Assembly (NCBI GenBank): GCA_045863295.1
Contig: BTWA01000010.1
Span: 96,001-160,000 of the forward strand
From: Candidatus Hydrogenedentota bacterium
GTDB lineage: Bacteria; Hydrogenedentota; Hydrogenedentia; Hydrogenedentales; SLHB01
DNA: 64,000 nucleotides
Direction of reading: 5' to 3'
Shown: positions 38,890-48,370 of the stretch, in pieces
How the letters are laid out: each line of letters opens with the position of its first letter
Numbering within the stretch: the stretch's first letter is position 1
Notes under the pieces: generated by a model
Told to the model about the DNA's origin: nothing
Database searches by the model: none
The model's input: the letters and a program-made list of their open reading frames with translations, nothing else
Made by a program: the position numbers and the translations under genes

Positions 38890-39948
38890 ATGTCGACGAA
38901 GCAAGAGATCATTCTGTCCGGAATCCGGCCTACGGGGCGGTTGCATTACGGCAACTATTTTGGCGCGATCCATCACTTTCTCAAGCTGCAGGAGCAGAAG
39001 CACCGCTGTTACTACTTCATCGCGGACTATCATGCGCTCACGACGATCACGGAGAAGCAGGACTATTTTCAGCAGACCATCGACATGTTGCGCACGTTTT
39101 TTGCGTGCGGTCTCGATCCGCATGAGTCGGTGATCTACCGGCAAAGCGATCTGCCGTGTACGGCTGAGTTTGCTTTGTTGCTGGGCATGATTACGAACAT
39201 TGGATTCCTCGAGCGCGGCACGACGTATAAAGACAAGATGTCGAAACTGACGGCAAACGAGAACCTGGAGGGCAATCCACTGTCGTTTGGATTGCTGGGC
39301 TACCCGGTTCTTATGGCCGCGGACATTCTCATAGTGAAGGCCGATACCGTACCGGTGGGCGACGACCAACGTCAGCACGTTGAAATGGCGTCGGATATCG
39401 CGCAGCGATTCAACCACCGCTTCGGCGAGACGCTGAAACTGCCCAAGACGGTCGCGCGCGATGCATTGCGCTTGCCGGGTCTGGACGGATCGGCGAAGAT
39501 GGGCAAGAGCGATAACAATACGCTCGATTTGCTTGACGATCCCAAGACGGTTCTGAAGAAGATCAAGGGTGTGCAAACTTCTACCGAGCCGATGCCGTTG
39601 AACGGAGAGAGCAACGAACCTGCGAACGTTATTCCGCAGTTGCCGCCCAGCTTGGCGACATTGTACCGGCTGTTGAATCTGCTCGCTCCGCAGGACGTAT
39701 ACAATGATTTCGTGGAGAAGTATCGCAAGCAGGAAAAGTTCTACGGCACGCTGAAGACGACGCTCGCGGACTACGTCAATGCTTTTAATGCGCCGATCAT
39801 CGAGAGATTCAACGACCCGGCGAACTCTCCGGAGTTTGTGCAGGATGTGTTGCGCGAGAATGCGAAGAAGGTGACGCCGGTTGCGTTGGACACGGTGGAA
39901 AGCTGCCGCGAGGCCATGGGGATCGGACGGAGTCTCTTCCGGGCATAG
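38890..39948 (+). CDS. trpS: tryptophan--tRNA ligase
   Basis: SGIRPTGRLHYGNY, ADYHA, YPVLMAADI, VPVGDDQ, KMGKS. Confidence 0.97.
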   Translation: MSTKQEIILSGIRPTGRLHYGNYFGAIHHFLKLQEQKHRCYYFIADYHALTTITEKQDYFQQTIDMLRTFFACGLDPHESVIYRQSDLPCTAEFALLLGMITNIGFLERGTTYKDKMSKLTANENLEGNPLSFGLLGYPVLMAADILIVKADTVPVGDDQRQHVEMASDIAQRFNHRFGETLKLPKTVARDALRLPGLDGSAKMGKSDNNTLDLLDDPKTVLKKIKGVQTSTEPMPLNGESNEPANVIPQLPPSLATLYRLLNLLAPQDVYNDFVEKYRKQEKFYGTLKTTLADYVNAFNAPIIERFNDPANSPEFVQDVLRENAKKVTPVALDTVESCREAMGIGRSLFRA

Positions 39949-40127
39949 CCCGGAAATTTCACGACTTTGTCCAATTAACTGTGTAACAACAGTTCCACCG
40001 GCCTGTTACCAAAACTGGCGCACTTAGAGTGTGCATGTGAAATATCCTCAGCGTTTCAAGCTTAAGGAATTCTGTGTGAGCATTTTTCACCACGCACGAT
40101 TTAAGCGTGGTGCAAATTGCGGGGTAG
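39946..40127. mobile_element. MITE-like non-autonomous element, copy 2
   Basis: Homologous to 19816-20019; begins at the trpS TAG stop; flanks atag/gtag; lies between convergent genes. Confidence 0.8.
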
Positions 40128-40130
40128 CGA

Positions 40131-41219
40131 TCACCGGTCGAGCGGCTGCACGTCTTCTTCGAAATACCGGTGAAACGCCGGGGGCAACTGTTTGTAGTCC
40201 AGTTCGTTCACGGCATCGAATGCGGGCCGTGAATTGAACGTGTTCCAGAACAGCGGCGTTTGTCCGGCGAGCCTGCCGGAGCGCGCGTCGTGCACCAGTG
40301 CCGCAAGGCCCTTGGCCGAATAGGTCCCGTCGAGGGCCAGGCCGGTTTGCTTCCAGAACCAGTCCGCGGCCTCCACGCCTTCCGCTGTATACACGGCGTA
40401 ATCGGATCCGAAGAATTCATTACGCCATTCCACCTGTCCGGGAATCCATCGCACATCGGGAAACGAGGTGTCGAGGCGTCGCAAATAAGCAACGGTTTGA
40501 GCGAATAATTTCTTCAGACGATCTTCGCTGGCCATGGTGGCGTGAATGACCCTTATGGCCGCGATGCGTGTATTCAAACCCGCGGCTTGAAGACCGATCG
40601 CGAGCCCCGCCACCGTTCCCATGGAGCCGACTGCAACGTAAATCACCGGGGGAGCGGGCAATGTTCCGTCGTCGATTTGCTTTTTCAATTCCAGCGCCGC
40701 GTTTACAAATCCGCAGATACCGAGTGGCGATGAGCCGCCGGCGGGAATGATCATGGGAAACACGCCGATCTTGATGCGCCGCATCGCCGATGTAAGCAGG
40801 GCGCCGGCTGCGACGCGGCGAACACCGCCGTAGTGTTTTAAGAGCGCGCCGGATGCATGGCTGAGCAGGAGATTCCTGCGCAGGCCGTGCGATATCGCTT
40901 GTGGCATCAGCATCGAAATACCGCGCAGGCCGAGTTGGTTGGCATAGACCGCCGTGGCTGTAGCGTGATTGCTGCCAGCGAAGCCGAAGGTCATCACTTC
41001 CCGCGCGCTGCGTCGTTTGGCTTCCGCCAGGAGGAACTCGAGCTTGCGGACTTTGTTTCCGCCGTACGCGGAGCCCGTGATATCGTCTCGTTTGACGTAG
41101 ACGTAATCGACTCCGATCGCAGTGCCTGAGATGCAATCGACGGGGGTTGGCCAGACACCAAGTTCGGTGTGCGGAAGCCGGTTCTCCAAAGTGGGAAATC
41201 GATTGAAAAGGGCAATCAT
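40131..41219 (-). CDS. PLP-dependent D-cysteine desulfhydrase/ACC deaminase-family enzyme
   Basis: PTPV, YVKRDD, YGGNKVRKLEFLL, SNHA, GGSSPLG, GSMGT, LDGTYSAK. Confidence 0.9.
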   Translation of the reverse strand: MIALFNRFPTLENRLPHTELGVWPTPVDCISGTAIGVDYVYVKRDDITGSAYGGNKVRKLEFLLAEAKRRSAREVMTFGFAGSNHATATAVYANQLGLRGISMLMPQAISHGLRRNLLLSHASGALLKHYGGVRRVAAGALLTSAMRRIKIGVFPMIIPAGGSSPLGICGFVNAALELKKQIDDGTLPAPPVIYVAVGSMGTVAGLAIGLQAAGLNTRIAAIRVIHATMASEDRLKKLFAQTVAYLRRLDTSFPDVRWIPGQVEWRNEFFGSDYAVYTAEGVEAADWFWKQTGLALDGTYSAKGLAALVHDARSGRLAGQTPLFWNTFNSRPAFDAVNELDYKQLPPAFHRYFEEDVQPLDR

Positions 41220-41938
41220 GACAAGGGTGCCTGGGGCGTTAGAGGCACGCTTCCCGGGTGGGACTGATCATCAAGCGATTGAGTCCGGAATCGCTCATGG
41301 TTAAAGAACCAGAGAATGATGAATCCTTGTGCACTGACAATGTGCCACATCGCATGCCAGGGAAGAATGAAAGCCGTGACCTGGCTATTGCCTGCGGTCG
41401 CCATGAACATACCAACCAAGAAGGTTGCGGTCATGAGGTAGAGAATCCTGCGATGGGTTGGCGCAATATTGCGCCTGTTGGCCACGAACAACGCCAATCC
41501 TATCCAAGCATTGGCAATTAGCGCGACTTCGCCGAGATAGAATTGGCCGAACTCGCCGAATGTAATCACGGGCACTTTCTCTGGGGCCACGATCTCCCAG
41601 AGCAGCCACCCAAGGACTCCAAGATTTGCCAATCCTGTACTACTCAATATCATCCGCCTTCTCAGTGGCGACATATAATCGCCGCTTACGGCAACTATCA
41701 ATACCCAAGCCAGCAGGATATTCGTACCAACATCAAAAAAGCTGGCAATCCGATTTCCTTCTACCGAGTGAAGCCAGACGGTGGGTACTCCCGTGATGAG
41801 TACGCAGGCATACACGGCCAACCATCGAGGCGGCTGGAGGACTGTCAATCCCGTGAGGATCAGGGGTAGGAGTCCCGCCAGACATGTGCAATAGGAAGTC
41901 ACGATGTTTGCCAGTTGTGCGTCATGTTGATAAGTCAT
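41216..41938 (-). CDS. multi-pass CREST-superfamily (ceramidase/hemolysin III-like) membrane protein
   Basis: About 7 TM helices; TxxxH (TVWLH), downstream Asp (FFD), HxxxH (HAMWH); ATGA overlap with the PLP enzyme. Confidence 0.65.
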   Translation of the reverse strand: MTYQHDAQLANIVTSYCTCLAGLLPLILTGLTVLQPPRWLAVYACVLITGVPTVWLHSVEGNRIASFFDVGTNILLAWVLIVAVSGDYMSPLRRRMILSSTGLANLGVLGWLLWEIVAPEKVPVITFGEFGQFYLGEVALIANAWIGLALFVANRRNIAPTHRRILYLMTATFLVGMFMATAGNSQVTAFILPWHAMWHIVSAQGFIILWFFNHERFRTQSLDDQSHPGSVPLTPQAPLS

Positions 41939-42203
41939 AGCGTATGGGTATCCCCTCTCCCTCGGATGTATCACGAGTCGATCCGGCGAACTTCGGGGCT
42001 GCAATCGGATTCGAATCCGGTCGAACTGGGCGGTTTTGCAGTGCGCCCGTGTATGACCTTTCCGACTTCGGGTCAAGGCCATTCTGTGCAAGCAAATAGT
42101 AGCACGTAGAATGTGCCCGGTTATCGAGAACCGAACGAGGTGGGGTGGAAAACAGCGGGTCTGGTTCTATGGCAAACATAGATTCTGCAAGACGGGCGTA
42201 TAC

Positions 42204-42230
42204 AAAAAAGGCCGCCCGTTGGGGCGGCCT
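42204..42230 (-). terminator. intrinsic terminator after DUF1501
   Basis: aggccgccc/gggcggcct stem, with T6 on the minus strand. Confidence 0.85.
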
Positions 42231-42249
42231 GTGCCTTCTTCCCTTGCGG

Positions 42250-43470
42250 CTAGGCGATAATGGGTATTGGTTGGAAGGTCTGTCCGAGGACCAACCCAGG
42301 GTCTACGTTAAACCACTGCGCCAATACGCTGGAGTATACGTTCCGGAAATCCGTGGTGTATTTGAGGTCGCCGTTGTCGAGGTCGGTGAGCGACGGCATG
42401 GCGCCGTGCACGCCTGCGTTGACGTTTGATCCCACAAGGAACATGGGTGCGGCAGTGCCGTGGTCGGTGCCGCCGCTGGCATTTTGGGCCACCCGCCTGC
42501 CGAATTCCGAAAAGACCATTGTCAGCACGCGATCCGCGTTGCCGTCGTGCTTAAGCGTTTCCTGAAATTTGGCCAGACTGTTCGAGACGGTTTCCAGCAG
42601 CCGGTCGTGCGTTGCGAGTTGATTGGCATGCGTGTCGAATCCGCTGACCGAGACGTAGAATATGCGTGTTTCCAGATTTCCGCGCAAGAGCGCCGCAACC
42701 GTCTGCAGCGGATCCGCGCCTCTTCCCGCGGCGGTTGGCGCCTTGCCGCGTTCCGAGGCTTCGCGGACTTCCTTGGAACTCATTATGGCATTGGACGTTA
42801 CATGGCGCAGGAAATCGACTGTATCGTTTGCTGGGGCGCCGGCGGCATTGATGTGCGCGAAGTTTTCCGGTGTGGCGGCCCCTTTGCCGGGTTGCCATCC
42901 GTAGGATTTTGGATCGTCGAACACGACGCCAAATCCCTTTGTGCCGTCGAATGCCTGGGGTCTCTCATCTTGCAGCGCGACACCCACCTGTGGGCGCGGC
43001 GCGCCCTCGCAACAGTTGTCGAAATACCGGCCAATCCAACCGTCGCCGAGGTATTCGTTGGAATCGCTGGCGGTATGCCAGATTTCCATGGAGCGGAAGT
43101 GGGACCGATCCGGATTTGGGTAGCCCACGCCCTGGACGATGGCAATCTCGCCGTTGTTGTAGAGATCCATGAAGCCTTTGAGCTTGGCGTTGGCGGAGAT
43201 GTCATCGTTGATGCGGATGAGCTGATTGTCTTTCAGGCCGATTCCCGGCCGCACGCGATAGTAGTCGTCATTGGAATGGGGCACGATGGTGTTGAGGCCG
43301 TCGTTGCCGCCGCCCAATTGCACGACCACCAGCACTTTGTCGTCCTTGAAGCCGGGGATGGCCGGGGCAGCGCCCTCGACGGCGCGGGTAAGAAACGCCG
43401 GAGCAAAGCCGACCGACGAGAACAAGGCTGCGGACATCATGAAGTGGCGTCGTGACATGTCATGTTTCAT
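42250..43470 (-). CDS. DUF1501-family Tat-exported protein
   Basis: SRRHF Tat motif, GGNDGLN, PDRSHFRS, GFDTH, FSEFGRR, GTDHG. Confidence 0.9.
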   Translation of the reverse strand: MKHDMSRRHFMMSAALFSSVGFAPAFLTRAVEGAAPAIPGFKDDKVLVVVQLGGGNDGLNTIVPHSNDDYYRVRPGIGLKDNQLIRINDDISANAKLKGFMDLYNNGEIAIVQGVGYPNPDRSHFRSMEIWHTASDSNEYLGDGWIGRYFDNCCEGAPRPQVGVALQDERPQAFDGTKGFGVVFDDPKSYGWQPGKGAATPENFAHINAAGAPANDTVDFLRHVTSNAIMSSKEVREASERGKAPTAAGRGADPLQTVAALLRGNLETRIFYVSVSGFDTHANQLATHDRLLETVSNSLAKFQETLKHDGNADRVLTMVFSEFGRRVAQNASGGTDHGTAAPMFLVGSNVNAGVHGAMPSLTDLDNGDLKYTTDFRNVYSSVLAQWFNVDPGLVLGQTFQPIPIIA

Positions 43471-43500
43471 GTTCGTATCCTCGTGGCCTTTAGGCCGGCG

Positions 43501-45006
43501 TTAGCAAACTTGGTATTCGGCGCAACTGAGCAACAACCGCAGTGCTGCCTGCAATTCAGGCGCCCCAACGGCATCTCGCGTGAGTGGCGTTTCCTCCGAT
43601 TCGGCGCCGAGCGCCTTGAGCAGCACCCCGCGTTGATCGGGGGAAATCGGCACAGACAAAAAGCGGTCAACCAGGAAATCCACGCAACCGCCTGCCGTCG
43701 TGAATTGCGCACCTGCCAGCGTCATCGCTGGGGTCCACTTTGCGGGTGCGGCATTTTTCTCCGGTTTCATGGCCATTTCCGATGTCATCGCAGGATCCGA
43801 CATCATGGCTTTGGGTCTTTGATTCGGGTTCGCGTTCGCGAGTTGCACCGGCAGGTTGTAGCGGATGAGCAGCCAGTTTGCATTGATCCACGCGCGATTG
43901 CCGTCCCACCCTTTCACGTTGGGCGGGAAGAACAGGTCCTGTCCGAGTTCGCGGCCCATGCGCGCCATTACTGGATAGGGCGGATTTGCGACACCGAGGT
44001 CGGCGCACATTTGAACGAGCACTTGCGCCGGACTCTTGATTTGGCGCGCCATCGCGCGCTCACCGTAGAACGCGTTGGATAAGAACATCTGTGTCAATAC
44101 CGGACGCAATTCATAGTTTGAGGCGCGCATTGTGTCCGCCAGGCCTTTGACCAATTCGGGTTCGGGATCTTCGTAGGCGAAAAAGGACCACAGTTTTCGG
44201 GACATGAATTCCGCGGTCGCGGGCTGATCGAAAATGATGTCAATTACATTCCAACCGTCGAAATCCCCGGTGCGGCCCAAAAAGGTTTTTTCGCCGAAAT
44301 CGTGGGTGTTTTCCTTGTACACGAATTTGTATTTGTCCGCGGTCCAGCCGGTAAACGCGCGCGCTGAATTCTTGATGTCGCTTTCGGTATAGGTGCCGAT
44401 GCCCATGGTGAATAATTCCATGAGTTCGCGGGCCCAGTTCTCGTTCGGCTTCTGCTTGGTGCTGCGCCGGTTGTCGAGATAGGTGAGCATGGACGGCGAC
44501 TGGCCGACTTTAATGGTCAGGGCTTTGAGGTTTCCGGCGGCGTGTTCGCGAAAGGTCTGATTCAAATCAAACGTGTGCCAGGACGATTTCACTTTTTGCG
44601 CCGAGGTGGCGAAATGGCCGTGCCAGAAAAGGGTGAGTTTTTCCTGGAGCGGCCGATTCGAGACGAACATCCTCGACAACCACCACGCTTTGAGCTGCTG
44701 AATCGCTTCCCGCTCCGCCCGCTGATACTCGTTGTATAACTTCCGGATCTCGTCTTCGCTTGCCCCGGGATTTTCGGTGTTGAATTCCTTGCGTCCCTTG
44801 ATCTCCACCAGAAAGGGCGGGGGCGCGATTTTTTCCTCGTACTTATCGAAAGAAACGAATTCGTCCACGGCCTGGTCCGGCGACAGGGCGATGAGTTTGT
44901 CGAGGCGGGCGGTGTCCAATCCGAATCCGGCACGGTTCAAAAGGTGCCTGGCTTTCTGGCGGTCCCATGCCGTTGTTGCAATTGGATCCAGAAGCGGTGT
45001 AGACAT
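43501..45006 (-). CDS. DUF1800-family protein
   Basis: HLLNRAGFG, EKLTLFWHGHFATS, YLDN, NENWARELMELFT, PPNVKGW. Confidence 0.9.
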   Translation of the reverse strand: MSTPLLDPIATTAWDRQKARHLLNRAGFGLDTARLDKLIALSPDQAVDEFVSFDKYEEKIAPPPFLVEIKGRKEFNTENPGASEDEIRKLYNEYQRAEREAIQQLKAWWLSRMFVSNRPLQEKLTLFWHGHFATSAQKVKSSWHTFDLNQTFREHAAGNLKALTIKVGQSPSMLTYLDNRRSTKQKPNENWARELMELFTMGIGTYTESDIKNSARAFTGWTADKYKFVYKENTHDFGEKTFLGRTGDFDGWNVIDIIFDQPATAEFMSRKLWSFFAYEDPEPELVKGLADTMRASNYELRPVLTQMFLSNAFYGERAMARQIKSPAQVLVQMCADLGVANPPYPVMARMGRELGQDLFFPPNVKGWDGNRAWINANWLLIRYNLPVQLANANPNQRPKAMMSDPAMTSEMAMKPEKNAAPAKWTPAMTLAGAQFTTAGGCVDFLVDRFLSVPISPDQRGVLLKALGAESEETPLTRDAVGAPELQAALRLLLSCAEYQVC

Positions 45007-45130
45007 GATTTTCTCTCCCGTACGGCAGAATTCCCGACGACCGGCTACAGCACTAAGGTACCCGATACAACACCGTTTGGCCAAGCGGGTTCCGCACAGA
45101 ATTCGCAGTATTCTCTGGTCCGGGTCTCGG

Positions 45131-46081
45131 CTAGGTCCGGTTCGAGTTGCGGCGTTTTACCGCCTTCAATGCCAACCCCTGCGCGTTGATAAGGATATCC
45201 TTTTCAATGGCTGCCTTTTCATGCGGCGTTAAATCAACGCCGCACCAGACCGCCAGTTCATACATCGCTTCACGCACCCAGTCTTCGCATAGACCCCGCA
45301 GGGCCTCGTCAGGGTGGCTGGATTGCGCGGCTTTCTGACAAACGGCTTCCATGTCGCCGATGGAACGGAGCAAGACTTCTTGAGCCGCGGGCGGATCGGA
45401 AACGGAGCCGTAATGTGTCACGCCGATTCGTTCCGGCTGATAGGACATGATGGCGTTTACGCTGGCCGTGGCCGCTTCGGCGTCGAAATCCGTGGGTGGT
45501 GATGATGCCATAATGAACGGCCTTGTGCCGCGCTGAAGCCAGGGATAGTGAAGTCCAAAGACATCGCCGGTGAATGCGGTTCGCGATGCGGAATCGAACA
45601 CGGAGAGATGATGTCGCGCGTGGCCCGGGGTGTCGAGAAACGTGAGCGTGCGGCCGCCCAGCGCGATGGTTTCTCCATGGCGGACGACCCGCACCCGATG
45701 GCTGTCTATGGGTTCGATTATGCCGTAGAGTTGGGTGAACACGGGTTCGCCGTATACAAGCCGCGACGATTGCACCAATCGTGCGGGGTTGATGAGGTGC
45801 CTTTCCGCCAAGGCATGACACAGTACCTGTGCGTTTGGGCACTCGCGCAGCAAGGCCGAAGTTCCACCGGCATGATCGAGGTGAACGTGCGTAACGATCA
45901 GATACTGCACATGCCCCGGGGTCAAACCTGCTTTCTCCAGGGATTGAAGAAGGATAGGCACCGCGCGTGCCGTGTTGTTATCGACGAACGCGGCGGCGTT
46001 ATCTTCCAGCACTAGAAATGCGGCCGCCATTTCCGGGCCGCCGTATTCGCAATCAATGGTGATGACGGACAATTCATGCAT
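45131..46081 (-). CDS. metallo-beta-lactamase-fold hydrolase
   Basis: THVHLDHAGG, TPGHARHH, FTGD, THYG. Confidence 0.9.
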   Translation of the reverse strand: MHELSVITIDCEYGGPEMAAAFLVLEDNAAAFVDNNTARAVPILLQSLEKAGLTPGHVQYLIVTHVHLDHAGGTSALLRECPNAQVLCHALAERHLINPARLVQSSRLVYGEPVFTQLYGIIEPIDSHRVRVVRHGETIALGGRTLTFLDTPGHARHHLSVFDSASRTAFTGDVFGLHYPWLQRGTRPFIMASSPPTDFDAEAATASVNAIMSYQPERIGVTHYGSVSDPPAAQEVLLRSIGDMEAVCQKAAQSSHPDEALRGLCEDWVREAMYELAVWCGVDLTPHEKAAIEKDILINAQGLALKAVKRRNSNRT

Positions 46082-46149
46082 GATCCAAGACCTCGGTGAC
46101 TGCAACGCGCCATGGTACTGATTCTGCATGGACCGGGCAACGAGCCCGT

Positions 46150-46173
46150 AGTAGACGCGACATCCTGTCGCGT
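46150..46173. repeat. GTAG-type REP-like palindrome
   Basis: GTAG-acgcgaca-tcc-tgtcgcgt; first 15 nt identical to 60510-60524. Confidence 0.65.
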
Positions 46174-46375
46174 TCGTGGAGCCGCGTGCGCTGAGCTATC
46201 GCTTTGGAAATTCAGTGAATGCGGAAAGGCGTCTGCGATCCGGAGAGAGCGAGGAGGCCTGTTCCCCTTTTGACAGTGGAGCGGAACCGACGGGATTTCG
46301 CGTTTGCTTCTTATTGACCGCGTGTTTGAGCGTGCCCTACCATGTCGTCGGGCGATGCGGAAGGAGGGTTCATAC

Positions 46376-48346
46376 ATGCTGCGTTGGGCAATCGGATTGT
46401 GTCTGGCGGTGACGGCAGCCGCGCAGGAGGATTTGCAGGTCATTCAGGCGGACCACAGTCCCGCGGCGGCCGAAATGGTGCGCGCATACCTTCTGGGTCA
46501 CGTGGATGAATCTTTGTTGCAACGGCGGGCGGCCCTGGAAGAGATGCAGACGGCCGAGGCCATACAGGCGCATCAGGATCGCATGCGCGCATTTTTTCTT
46601 GAGCAGATTGGCGGACCGGCTCCAGTTACGCCTTTAAACGCGCAAATCGTGGGCGGCGAAACCCGCGAACAGTTTCGCTACGAGAAGATTATTTTTGAGA
46701 GTTTTCCCAATCATCGAGTGACAGCGACGCTCTATCTTCCCCTGACTCCGGGGCCGCACCCGGTCATGTTGATTCCGTGCGGTCACGATGCCAACGGCAA
46801 GGCGGCGGAGGCGTATCAGCGGGTGGCCCTATTCCTGAACCGGAGCGGCATTGCGGCGTTTTGCTACGACCCGATCGGGCAGGGCGAGCGGTATCAGATA
46901 CTGGACGAATCGGGGAAACCACGATTTGGATCGACGGTGGAACATATCCATGTTGGCGTGGGCAGCATTCTGGCCGGGCGGGGTACGGCCTCGTATCGCA
47001 TTTGGGACGGCATGCGCGCGATTGATTATCTGACCAGCCGCGCGGACATTGACGCGAAGCGCATTGGCTGTGCGGGGCATTCTGGCGGGGGGACATTGAC
47101 TACTTATCTGATGGCGTTGGACGATCGCGTTGCGGTTGCCGCTCCGAACTGCTACATCACGTCGCCGGAACGGCATCTCCATATTCAGGGTCCCCACGAT
47201 GCGGAGCAGAATATATTTGGATCGATCAAAGAAGGCATGACCTATGCGGATTACATCATCATGCGAGCGCCGAAGCCGACGCTGATTACCTGCGCGACGA
47301 AGGACTTCTTCGACATCGAAGGCACTTGGGACACCTACCGGCAGGCTAAGCGCGTGTACAGTTATCTGGGTTATCCTGAGCGAATGGACATCAACGAATG
47401 GAATGACGGACATGGCTGGCACGAACCGCTTCGAACAAGCACAGTACGTTTCATGCGGCGCTGGCTTATCGATCAAATCGAGCCGGTGTGGGAAGAACCG
47501 GTTACCCTGTTGACCGACGCGGAATTGCAGTGTACGCCAGAGGGGCAGGTCATGCTTGCCCCGGGCGAGCAATCGGTGGTGGATATTAACGCCGCATACG
47601 AGGTGGAGTTGGCTGCAAAGCGCGACGAGCAGTGGGCGGAGTGGGACACGGCCAAGCGGGCCAAGGAAGTGCGCCGTGTAGCGGCAATACGGGAGTTGAC
47701 GGAATTACCTGAACCCACCTACGAGAAGAGGGACACTATCCAGCGGGACGGGTACTCGATTGAAAAAGGCATCATCCAGAGCGAACCCGGAATCTATTTG
47801 CCTTGCTTGACGTTCCGTCCGGCTGCCGCGACCACGAAGGCCGTACTCTATGCACATGGCAACGGGAAAGCCGCGGACGCTTCGCCCGGCGGCCCCATTG
47901 AAGCGCTTGTGCGCGCGGGGCACGTGGTGGTCGGGCCGGATTTGCGTGGGCTTGGCGAGACCAAGGGGACCTGCGCGTTGGCGAGCGGGTACGGCGATTG
48001 GTTTGGGTCGGAGTGGCAGGATATTTATCTGGCGTATTTGTTGGGGCGTTCTTACGTGGGCATGCGCGCGGAGGATATTCTACAGTGTGCGCGCGTGCTG
48101 CCTGCGATACTGGGGAGCGCACCAACGGAAGTGCACTTGCATGCCATTGGCGAGGCCGGTATTCCCGGGCTGCACGCGGCCGCGCTGGCTGAACCCGGGT
48201 TTGCATCGGTGACCGAAAGTGGCGTCGTGGATTGGCAGGAGACCGTCCGCACGGCGGTTACGCAAGGTCAGTTTGTGAATGCCGTGCACGGCGCGCTTGC
48301 GGTATACGATCTCGGTAAACTTCGCGGCATGGCCGCGCAGAAATAG
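46376..48346 (+). CDS. secreted tandem alpha/beta-hydrolase (acetylxylan esterase-like)
   Basis: Signal peptide; PCGH, DPIGQGER, GHSGGG nucleophile, D and HG motifs; degenerate second hydrolase domain. Confidence 0.85.
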   Translation: MLRWAIGLCLAVTAAAQEDLQVIQADHSPAAAEMVRAYLLGHVDESLLQRRAALEEMQTAEAIQAHQDRMRAFFLEQIGGPAPVTPLNAQIVGGETREQFRYEKIIFESFPNHRVTATLYLPLTPGPHPVMLIPCGHDANGKAAEAYQRVALFLNRSGIAAFCYDPIGQGERYQILDESGKPRFGSTVEHIHVGVGSILAGRGTASYRIWDGMRAIDYLTSRADIDAKRIGCAGHSGGGTLTTYLMALDDRVAVAAPNCYITSPERHLHIQGPHDAEQNIFGSIKEGMTYADYIIMRAPKPTLITCATKDFFDIEGTWDTYRQAKRVYSYLGYPERMDINEWNDGHGWHEPLRTSTVRFMRRWLIDQIEPVWEEPVTLLTDAELQCTPEGQVMLAPGEQSVVDINAAYEVELAAKRDEQWAEWDTAKRAKEVRRVAAIRELTELPEPTYEKRDTIQRDGYSIEKGIIQSEPGIYLPCLTFRPAAATTKAVLYAHGNGKAADASPGGPIEALVRAGHVVVGPDLRGLGETKGTCALASGYGDWFGSEWQDIYLAYLLGRSYVGMRAEDILQCARVLPAILGSAPTEVHLHAIGEAGIPGLHAAALAEPGFASVTESGVVDWQETVRTAVTQGQFVNAVHGALAVYDLGKLRGMAAQK

Positions 48347-48370
48347 GTGCGGAAGTTCCAGCGCTTCTCT

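Noticed and set aside
41995..42048. GGGGCTG-N5-GGATTCGA resembling a tmRNA 5' end; the reverse strand resembles a tRNA-Cys 3' half (CTGCAAAACC...TTCGAATCCG)
   Set aside because: There is no tmRNA 3' end (it would fall inside the DUF1501 gene). The anticodon stem and acceptor stem do not pair and there is no CCA. At most a decayed fragment; ARAGORN or tRNAscan-SE would settle it.
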